DNA of 64,000 nt from Candidatus Aminicenantes bacterium (GTDB lineage: Bacteria; Acidobacteriota; Aminicenantia; Aminicenantales; Aminicenantaceae): assembly GCA_020344415.1 (NCBI GenBank), contig CP070825.1:4221299-4285298 (forward strand), given 5' to 3'. The notes under the pieces are model-generated. The model saw only the letters and a list, made by a program, of their open reading frames with translations, searched no databases and had not been told where the DNA came from. Below are positions 26,261 through 34,155 of the stretch, piece by piece. Numbering within the stretch: position 1 is the stretch's first letter; the number at the start of each line of letters is the position of its first letter. The translations under genes and the position numbers were made by a program.

Positions 26261-26416
26261 TTACGTTCACTCCCAATTTTTTTGTCCAATGTTATCAAAT
26301 TAGATTCTTGTATGGCAATATCATTCTGTTCCTACAGTATAGAGCTCAGGTGAATTTGAACTGATCAATATGGGACGGTTTAGTTTTGAAAAAAGAGAAC
26401 CGTCTCCAGTCTCGAA

Positions 26417-27841
26417 TTACTTCTCAAAGATGTACTTCATGGCATCGAAATCGAGTGTCCAGGAGGAATACTGGCGCAGAAATCGATGCGAAATCAGTCC
26501 ATCCTGAATATATCCTGAACCCCAATAGGATTCTGGCGGTCTGGCTCCATACGTTCCCTTGACGTTGGATTGGATCAGGCTGCCCATACTGATTGTCTTG
26601 ATCGGGAAAATCCCGGAAGCCCACTTTCCTCCTCCGCCTCCGACACTTTCCTTATCAATCTTTGTCTCAGGCACCGGAATACCGACATAGTTCAGGGTTT
26701 GAATAGGCGCTGTGAAACAGGCCTCGCCTTCAAGACCAGAGTCCACAAAGAAGGTCAGACCGTCTTTGTCGTTCAAACCTCCTCTGGTCATCATCATATG
26801 GGTGGCGTCCAGCACAAAAGGCACTTCAGCGGCAATCCTGCCTTTGAGCTCTTCCTGAAGTTTACGAGCGTTTTCCTTTATCCTTTCTTGCAGGATCATC
26901 CGGCCGTTCTTATAATCAATGGTCGAAAGAAACTGACGCATGGCAGCTGTGCCGATGGCACCTCCTATCGTGTATTTCCCTTCTTCAAAGGCTTTGGAGA
27001 ATCGCTTGGTCGGAAGAATAATGATTGGCACCTGCTTCAGCGTAACATCACCCAACTTGACGCTGTCTACTTTTCCGAATCCGATCTCGCTTGTCTTTCC
27101 TCCTCCAAATGAGCCCGTGGCTTTTGCGCTCCATTCGATACCCAGTGCGGATGCGATCTCGTTATCCAAAATGAACGTATCTGCACCGGTGTCGAAGAAT
27201 ACAATTACCGGTAGTCCATTGAATTCGATCTCTAGTACTGGCAGGGAATCAGTCATCAGAAACTGTATTATCGAGACCTTTTCCTCGCTGTGCCATTCCT
27301 TTTGATAGGGATTTTCTTCAAATCTCTTTATGGCTTCCACGTTGGGAAGCTTGACCCCTGGCGGAAACTCCAATTCTTTAATTTTGTTAAATCGGTCCAT
27401 CTGGTAGTACGTAAACATCAACCCAACATTGGCCATGACCTGGCCGGACATGTCCCCGGCCTTCGCTTCGACAAGCCGTTTGTAAAGCTTTTCGGCTTCG
27501 CTGTAGTTTCCAATAAGATACTCAAGCTTCGCCGCTACAGATAATGCCTCATCTGAGGGTTTTGAATCCTGGACTAGAAGCGCAATCACATCTCTTGCTT
27601 TCCAGAATTCACCGGACTGGTAGAGTAGGTTTCCGTACTTGAACCGGATTTCTTTATCGCCAGGATTTTTCTTGAACTCGGGCTCGGTCTTTTTAATTTC
27701 AGCCAGAATATCTGCGCGAGTCTTTTCCCCTTTAGGCGGCTTGGCTTCCTGGTTTTCAGACATAATATTGCCTTTTGTCATTGTGAAAGAAAAGCTCATT
27801 GAGAATAAAAGGATAAAGCATGCCCTTAAAGTTGAGCCCAA
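26417..27841 (-). CDS. Secreted protease with N-terminal TPR and two retropepsin-like aspartic protease lobes
   Basis: Signal-like N-terminus (TTG start). VFFDTGADTFILD (D-T-G) and FFVDSGLEGE (D-S-G) lie about 140 aa apart. TPR-like region at aa 50-140. Confidence 0.7.
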   Translation of the reverse strand: MGSTLRACFILLFSMSFSFTMTKGNIMSENQEAKPPKGEKTRADILAEIKKTEPEFKKNPGDKEIRFKYGNLLYQSGEFWKARDVIALLVQDSKPSDEALSVAAKLEYLIGNYSEAEKLYKRLVEAKAGDMSGQVMANVGLMFTYYQMDRFNKIKELEFPPGVKLPNVEAIKRFEENPYQKEWHSEEKVSIIQFLMTDSLPVLEIEFNGLPVIVFFDTGADTFILDNEIASALGIEWSAKATGSFGGGKTSEIGFGKVDSVKLGDVTLKQVPIIILPTKRFSKAFEEGKYTIGGAIGTAAMRQFLSTIDYKNGRMILQERIKENARKLQEELKGRIAAEVPFVLDATHMMMTRGGLNDKDGLTFFVDSGLEGEACFTAPIQTLNYVGIPVPETKIDKESVGGGGGKWASGIFPIKTISMGSLIQSNVKGTYGARPPESYWGSGYIQDGLISHRFLRQYSSWTLDFDAMKYIFEK

Positions 27842-27874
27842 ATTGAGTTTTGATAACGTTTGTTCTTACCTCCC

Positions 27875-28963
27875 TTATTTATATCCATGTTTGCCCCGTG
27901 CATATGCGAGGCTGAAGTCTATCTTTTCACCAGTAGGAGAAAAATCTCGATCCTTCCAATCAGGCAATTTCGCCTGAGCCTTCTTAAGAATATCGCGACC
28001 TCCTTCTTCATTACTAACGGCCTCCACCATCTTCCTATATGTTATATGCGCGGTATAGTTGGAGAGCAGTCTAAAGGTGAGGTAAGCTTCCAAGAAACTC
28101 TCAGTAGTGATACTCACTGTCTTGTTGTCAACTTCTTTTGCCCCTGGAAAGTCCATTGCCATCGTAGCATGAACTGGCAGCGTATATTTGAACAGGTTCT
28201 TGAAAGGTTCATTTAGTTCCTGAGGTTTCCAGACCGGAATATCCTTCAGATTGCGAAGCGCCCGTTCCGCAGCAGCTTCTATTTCTGCAGAAACCTGCTC
28301 TTGTGGTCTTGGTACAGCTTTAAAAAAGTCCACTGCCTTTTTCACCACTACATATTCAGTTCTTGGAGAAAACTCCTTAATTTCCTGCTCCAGAACATCA
28401 TCTCCTGCGACTAGAATAAGCGGAATGTCGAACCGCGCCGCTGAAGCTGCAACAAGCATACTCTCGTTCATATCAAAACCAGCCATGATCCATTTGGTAT
28501 GGATATAATAGGTATGAGCAATTTGACCTTTTGCACCTGCGCGGCTGTGCATGCCCATGCACACCACTGCATCGAAGGTCTCATCCAGTGTGTCGATATA
28601 GGCATCATACACCTCATCACGGATGTCAAAGCGGGCTCCCTCGGGCAATCGGTCAACTATGTAATCGGGTTCAGGATTTCCACTCCCATGAGCATCGGTC
28701 AAGACAACCTCACGGGCTCCAGACTTGAGCAATCCTCTAATGGCTGCGTTCACATCCTCAGTGAGTGATTCTCGCGCAGCTTGATAGGTGGGGGAATAGG
28801 AGAGAACATCATTAAAATTGGTCACGCCTGAGGCACCGTCCATGTCGATAACTATAAGGACCTTGGGTCCTGCTTGCTTACACCCGGGCACAACATAGAA
28901 TATCAGCAGAATAGCTGTCCCTATTCCAATCGCTGTAAGCCAGTAAAATTTTTTTGGACGCAT
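27875..28963 (-). CDS. M55 family D-aminopeptidase (DppA-like), membrane-anchored/exported
   Basis: VLIVIDMDGASGV resembles the DppA D-M-E-G-x-x-G start. VVLTDAHGSG, CMGMHSRAG. Hydrophobic N-terminus. RBS AAGGAGG. Confidence 0.8.
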   Translation of the reverse strand: MRPKKFYWLTAIGIGTAILLIFYVVPGCKQAGPKVLIVIDMDGASGVTNFNDVLSYSPTYQAARESLTEDVNAAIRGLLKSGAREVVLTDAHGSGNPEPDYIVDRLPEGARFDIRDEVYDAYIDTLDETFDAVVCMGMHSRAGAKGQIAHTYYIHTKWIMAGFDMNESMLVAASAARFDIPLILVAGDDVLEQEIKEFSPRTEYVVVKKAVDFFKAVPRPQEQVSAEIEAAAERALRNLKDIPVWKPQELNEPFKNLFKYTLPVHATMAMDFPGAKEVDNKTVSITTESFLEAYLTFRLLSNYTAHITYRKMVEAVSNEEGGRDILKKAQAKLPDWKDRDFSPTGEKIDFSLAYARGKHGYK

Positions 28964-29086
28964 TGTCTTCCTCCTTACATAAAATATTCCCCAACTCTCA
29001 GCCCTAGCATTGTAATTCGCTATGACTATTTTTCGAAGCCTTTATAATCAAAAATTGATAGCCTGTATAATCAAATTGAAAAAACT

Positions 29087-30556
29087 TTACGCTTTTTTGA
29101 GCTTTCCCCAAAATGTCGAAACAACTTTATCCGACGGTTTGGGTGTAAACGCACTGACCAGGATATAAACAACAACGGAGCTCAACACAGAGAGGAATGA
29201 AGGATGTGTACCCCATACTTTAATTTCTGGGACTATAGTGTTCGCCAGCGCATATATAATCATTCCCCAGATTATCGAGGCGATGGCTCCCCATTTATTT
29301 CCTCTTTTCCAAAACATCCCCAACAGTATTGGTCCGAATGTTGCAGTTACCAACCCGCCGATCGCAAAAAAGATTATCCATTGTATCAATGTGGGCTGAA
29401 ACAATGCGAGGGCAATCGCTATTGTAAGGCAAGCTCCCATTGTTAACCTTGATGCCAGCTTCACCTCTTTCCCTGATACATCCGGTTTGAGCTCTTTGAG
29501 AAGGTTTCTTGCAATGCTGGAGGTTATGATTATAGCCATTGCTGCCACAGTGGTCTGGATTCCGGCTACAATGCCGGCAAGCACAATTCCTCCCAGAGCT
29601 TTTGGCATCACATTCATTGCTAACCAGGGGCTGATTTCATCTGGCACAGAAAGCTCTGGAATTATTGCGCGGCCTAGGACTCCTGACATGCAGAGAAGGA
29701 TTGTCCATAGAAAAACTAAAATAGCTCCCATCCATATTCCTCTTTTGAGTGCTCTTGTATTTTTGTATGTCAAAGCGCCGAGCATGGCGTGGGGCATCCC
29801 AATGATAAAAAATCCTGTCATGCACGCGAGCGAGAAGGCAAACATTGGCGGAAATTCGCCCAGTTTGGTAGGCGAGAGAAAGCTCATATCCAGGGCTGTG
29901 ATGGCCTCGGTCGATTTTTGAAATCCACCTGCATACACTACAGTTCCTATGAAAAGTATTATGCAACCTATGGTTATGACAACGCCCTGCAGGAGAATCG
30001 CTATAGATGTCCCTCGCATGCCGCCTAATACACAGTAGACCAGTACGACCGAAGACCCGAGGGCGAGAGAGGCAAAATATCCCATCCCCGTCATCTGGGC
30101 AATAACCCTTGCAGCTCCCACAAACTGGGTTGCCATATAAGGCAGTAAGAATATTGTCACCAAAACGGCTAGAATCACGACGATGGCCTTACTCTCATAC
30201 CTAGCTTTAAAAACGTCCAGGTATGTTATGGCGTTTACTCTCCGGGCGACAATTCCCACCATTATGCCTATCGGGGCCAGCAGCAAAAGATTCATGAATA
30301 TCTGAAAATTATTGATAAGCACCCAGGAATAACCGTAGGCATAAGTCATTCCCGGACCTGCGATAAATGTTCCCGCGCTTGCTAGCCCCCCTGCAATTAT
30401 CAGGGCGACAACTATTCCTCCCAATCCCCTCCCTGCAGCATAAAATTCTTTCTCGTATTTTGCGATGGGGACTCTTTCTACAATCCGGTATGACCATATC
30501 CCTATTGCTAATAATATGGCTGTATATATGAAAAAAGATAATATTGCTGGGTTCAT
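29087..30556 (-). CDS. Sodium:solute symporter family (SSS; PutP/PanF-like) transporter
   Basis: 489 aa with about 13 TM helices. N-terminal YAAGRGLGG and a GGMRG segment are typical of the SSS family. The ATG overlaps the stop of the upstream small ORF (ATGA). Confidence 0.85.
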   Translation of the reverse strand: MNPAILSFFIYTAILLAIGIWSYRIVERVPIAKYEKEFYAAGRGLGGIVVALIIAGGLASAGTFIAGPGMTYAYGYSWVLINNFQIFMNLLLLAPIGIMVGIVARRVNAITYLDVFKARYESKAIVVILAVLVTIFLLPYMATQFVGAARVIAQMTGMGYFASLALGSSVVLVYCVLGGMRGTSIAILLQGVVITIGCIILFIGTVVYAGGFQKSTEAITALDMSFLSPTKLGEFPPMFAFSLACMTGFFIIGMPHAMLGALTYKNTRALKRGIWMGAILVFLWTILLCMSGVLGRAIIPELSVPDEISPWLAMNVMPKALGGIVLAGIVAGIQTTVAAMAIIITSSIARNLLKELKPDVSGKEVKLASRLTMGACLTIAIALALFQPTLIQWIIFFAIGGLVTATFGPILLGMFWKRGNKWGAIASIIWGMIIYALANTIVPEIKVWGTHPSFLSVLSSVVVYILVSAFTPKPSDKVVSTFWGKLKKA

Positions 30557-30822
30557 TTTTCCTCACTTTCTTCTTCATCATTATCTGTCAGGGGAATGTC
30601 GGGTATAAGTTTTTCAGCCACGAATATTAACGCGATCACGAATACGATGGGGATTAGAAGGTTTCCGATGGCCACCCAGCGGGGTAATCCGAAGATGTAT
30701 GGTTTTATCCCTAAGACATAAGACAATACCAATATGACTATAAGATAGACAGCAAAAAAGATCCAAGCTATGGCAAGCCCCCTCTTTGCTACTTTTATTC
30801 TCGGGTCTTGAATGAATTTCAT
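30553..30822 (-). CDS. Small 2-TM membrane protein translationally coupled to the SSS transporter (YhdT/DUF997-like arrangement), acidic tail
   Basis: The ATG at 30822 is preceded by AAGGAGGTG. Two hydrophobic helices. C-terminal DNDEEESEEK. 4-nt overlap with the SSS gene, as for yhdT-panF in E. coli. Confidence 0.55.
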   Translation of the reverse strand: MKFIQDPRIKVAKRGLAIAWIFFAVYLIVILVLSYVLGIKPYIFGLPRWVAIGNLLIPIVFVIALIFVAEKLIPDIPLTDNDEEESEEK

Positions 30823-30946
30823 TTTCACACCTCCTTCAAAGTCTTTGAGATTTATTGATGTATACGAGGATTCAAGCAACTAAAAAATATAATATTTAAA
30901 GATATTATTCTAATTTTCAGATTGAATTGAAACAAAAAAAATATGA

Positions 30947-32074
30947 TTATCCATAAAGCAGGCTGGGTGAACTGAGATAATTATCGATTTCTGCAGCGTC
31001 TGCATCTATGGATAATCCGAAAGCTGGGTTGTTCATTGTGGCCTGAATTTTCTCAACTAGACTTTTGGTGATCGGCCCGGGACGGCCATCTCCTATCACT
31101 TTACCTATTACCGAAATAACAGGCAGAACTCCTGCACCCGTGCCAGTCATAAAGCACTCTCTGTTCTCGCCCATGAGGTCGATCGGCATCATGTCTGCAT
31201 CATCATCGACAGTATAACCTTCCTCCTTAAGTAATTTTATAGTGAGCGCTCTTGTGATGCCAATTAGACAGTACTGAGCCCGCGGTGTTCGGGCAACTAC
31301 CTTTGATGTATCGCTCTCCCAATCTTTGTTGCGCTCTATTGAAAATATATTATCTACTGTGGCTTCAGCGATAAATCCTCTTTCAGTCAGCATAATTGAT
31401 TCCATATCCGTTTCAGCCGCACCTTCCAATAGTCCGAGTACATTATTAATATAGTTATTGGATTTTATATTGGGGTTGAGAATTTGGGCGTTTGGACGAC
31501 GGATATTTCTCGATACCCCCAGGGAAATTCCTTGTTCATAATAGGATCGGGGATATAGATTAATGCTCGAAGCTAAAGCGAAAAGAGTAGCACCGATGCA
31601 TTTTGCTGGATTTATTCCCAAATCACCCATACCACGACTGACCACAAGGCGGATATAGCCCTGTTCTCTCAATGAAGGATCAACGGCCTGACATGTACGC
31701 AGTAGCAATTCAGTCAATTGTTTGGGGCTGTATGGAATACTGATGTGGAGCATCTCGGCTGATTTGAAAAATCGCTCTATGTGTTCTTGCCATAAAAAGA
31801 TTTGATTGTTTTTAATAAGGATTCCTTCAAAACACCCATCCCCATATAATGCAAGATGATCGAGAACAGATAAAGAAGCCTCTTTAAGCGAGAAAATTCC
31901 ATGCCTTCGTTCTAGACCTTCATCCGTATTTGCTCGTTCAGCTTGTTTTTGATCATCGAGACATGCGGGCGTAGCATTTTCAACGACAGGCATGCTGAGG
32001 AAGACTCGCGCATGAATGCCTACTTCTTTGAGCGCTTCATACGCCTTTCTTAATCTTTCATCACTTATGTTCAT
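30947..32074 (-). CDS. Class IV (fold-type IV) aminotransferase, D-amino-acid / branched-chain aminotransferase family, with ~65-aa N-terminal extension
   Basis: LYGDGCFEGI, VSRGMGDLGINP, TERGFIAEATVDNIF and FMTGTGAGVLPV are all class IV signatures. Confidence 0.85.
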   Translation of the reverse strand: MNISDERLRKAYEALKEVGIHARVFLSMPVVENATPACLDDQKQAERANTDEGLERRHGIFSLKEASLSVLDHLALYGDGCFEGILIKNNQIFLWQEHIERFFKSAEMLHISIPYSPKQLTELLLRTCQAVDPSLREQGYIRLVVSRGMGDLGINPAKCIGATLFALASSINLYPRSYYEQGISLGVSRNIRRPNAQILNPNIKSNNYINNVLGLLEGAAETDMESIMLTERGFIAEATVDNIFSIERNKDWESDTSKVVARTPRAQYCLIGITRALTIKLLKEEGYTVDDDADMMPIDLMGENRECFMTGTGAGVLPVISVIGKVIGDGRPGPITKSLVEKIQATMNNPAFGLSIDADAAEIDNYLSSPSLLYG

Positions 32075-32632
32075 AAATGCACTCCTTATATTTACCTGAA
32101 TTATTCACAAAAACGGCCGACACCTTCACTGATTTTCAATGACGCAAACATTTTGTATTAATTTTTGCCCAAGCTAAAGATCAAGCCTTCTCCGGTGGAT
32201 TAATTTAAACTTTCTGTCGCCATTTTTATGAATTATCCGGGTTACCAAGATTGGTATGAAAAATGGCATTCCAATCAATATCATTAACACCAAAACATGT
32301 CAACTAGTACAGAGCCTAAGAAATCCCTGATAGAACATGAGGATGGGCTCTGTCGCGGTGTGTCCCTATCTGTCCTCGCTCCACCTATCCTAATGTGGCC
32401 AATCGGTGATCTTTTCTTCTCAAATTTCGTTTGGATTGACTATGTGAATGTTCTAGTGGTATGTTCATCTGTTCTACTATCAATCCTCCGGATATTATAA
32501 AGACAGAAGTTCTGTACACAATCCTGGGAGGAAAGATCATATACGAGAAGCCTTCTGAAAAATAGGTTAAGAGAAAATTTTAATTCTTCTAGGCGGAATA
32601 GAATTTTTCATTGAATAAATAAGTATATATTA

Positions 32633-32890
32633 ATGAGAGAAGAAAAAATGTCTTTTCCAAAAAGCGTGCGCAAGATCGGGCGCTGGATTTGGGTATATCT
32701 AGTTATAACCGCTATCTTATCCGTTATTTTTGGAGTGATTTTTTTCTCTGCCATTCTTGATAAATATGGTTTTTGGGCGTCACTTTTTTGGACTCTGCTG
32801 GGGATTATTTTTATATGGATATTCTCCCTTCTGAAAGCGTATATCATAGAAAGCATTATATTGAAAAAAAAGAAAGAGAAGCAGATATAA
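32633..32890 (+). CDS. Possible small membrane protein (3 hydrophobic segments) in an AT-rich region
   Basis: 85-aa ORF with no recognisable family and no clear RBS. Confidence 0.3.
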   Translation: MREEKMSFPKSVRKIGRWIWVYLVITAILSVIFGVIFFSAILDKYGFWASLFWTLLGIIFIWIFSLLKAYIIESIILKKKKEKQI

Positions 32891-33101
32891 CAACTTATTA
32901 TAATATCTTCTTGTATCCGTAGAAAAAATTTCTTTTTGTATTCGCATCAAATCCTTTATAGTTTCGTCCAATATCGAGCCGATGAGTTGGCGAGATAAAC
33001 ATATCATAGGCAAAATGACGTGGTCGACAGGAGGGAAAAGGACATGTGAATCTTGACAATAAATGACATTTTCAAAATAATATCAAAAACAGGAGGATGT
33101 C

Positions 33102-34058
33102 TTGAGCTTCTTTAAAATGACAAGGAAAAATATTTTCAGGCCCAGAAATCTTTGTATTGTAAGGAAAGTTACTTTATGTATAAGTTTGCTGCTAGTAGCG
33201 ATACCGCTTTTTGGGCAAAACGAATCTATTTTGAAGAAATTTTTCGAAGGTAAAACAATAGTTGTGAAGATCGATATGCCAGCAACGAAAGAGGGAGTAG
33301 ATTTATACCCCTTAAGAGAGCAACCAATCAACTTCAATAAATATGGCGATAGAATAAAAAAATACGGTACTGCTGTATTTGCAGATGAGAAAATTATGAT
33401 TACGAAGATAAAAATTAAATCGAAACATATCGAGTTTCAACTTGGCGGCGGAGGATACGGTACTGCAGGGGATGATATGGGATATGTTGCTGTACCTTAT
33501 GTGAGAAAATCCAAACGTGAGAAAGATCTTGAAAAAGCAGTTAAGAGAGAACCCAACACGGAGAGAAAGAAAGAACTTCAGAGAGAACTCGATTATTTAA
33601 GAAGGGAACGCCAACGGGAGGAAAAAAGGCTTCGCATCGAAGCGGAGCAACAAAGAGCAATAAATGAGTCGATTGTACGCGAGAAAGCACAACAAGCGGG
33701 TTCACGTTTCAATATTCGTTATGATTATGACTTACGATTAGAAGAAAAAACACCTGAATCTGTTATGGCTGCACTCCAGGAATATGTTGAATTTCTCCCA
33801 GAGTCCTTTGGAGGCGTGGGCGGGTCAGAGAAATCCGGGATGAAAAGCGATTCATCAAAGTGGCTTGGTTCAGATAGCTTGCGAAAGGGATTGTTGTGGG
33901 AAGAGGTGGCCTCAATGTTAGGCGCTCCTACCAGCATCAACGAACGCATGGAAGGGAAGTTGAAAGTCATAACTTGCACGTTTATCAAGGGAGAACAAAA
34001 AATCGAAGCCGAATTTGTAGAGGGTGTTCTGATAAAATATACTATTTCTTCAAAGTGA
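33102..34058 (+). CDS. Secreted protein with central highly charged coiled-coil and a small C-terminal beta domain, unknown function
   Basis: TTG start, 5 nt after AGGAGG. Signal-like VTLCISLLLVAIPLFG. KREKDLEKAVKREPNTERKKELQRELDYLRRERQREEKRLRIEAEQQR. Confidence 0.5.
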   Translation: MSFFKMTRKNIFRPRNLCIVRKVTLCISLLLVAIPLFGQNESILKKFFEGKTIVVKIDMPATKEGVDLYPLREQPINFNKYGDRIKKYGTAVFADEKIMITKIKIKSKHIEFQLGGGGYGTAGDDMGYVAVPYVRKSKREKDLEKAVKREPNTERKKELQRELDYLRRERQREEKRLRIEAEQQRAINESIVREKAQQAGSRFNIRYDYDLRLEEKTPESVMAALQEYVEFLPESFGGVGGSEKSGMKSDSSKWLGSDSLRKGLLWEEVASMLGAPTSINERMEGKLKVITCTFIKGEQKIEAEFVEGVLIKYTISSK

Positions 34059-34072
34059 ATATAACAGATTGC

Positions 34073-34120
34073 GGGTTAGGTCTTGTTTTTTGCCCAAAAA
34101 ACAATACCTGACCCTTTTTT
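34073..34120 (+). terminator. Intrinsic-terminator-like hairpin built from an inverted pair of repeat module A
   Basis: GGGTTAGGTCTTGTTTTTT-GCCC-AAAAAACAATACCTGACCC (17 of 19 positions pair), followed by TTTTTT, 15 nt after the stop at 34058. Confidence 0.6.
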
Positions 34121-34155
34121 ACGTTTTTGGAAATCTTTATAAGAGGTAATTAATC

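Noticed and set aside
32297-32500. 67-aa ORF in the AT-rich region
   Set aside because: It has no RBS, no motif and an odd composition. It overlaps the putative amidohydrolase relic in another frame. Not called as a gene.
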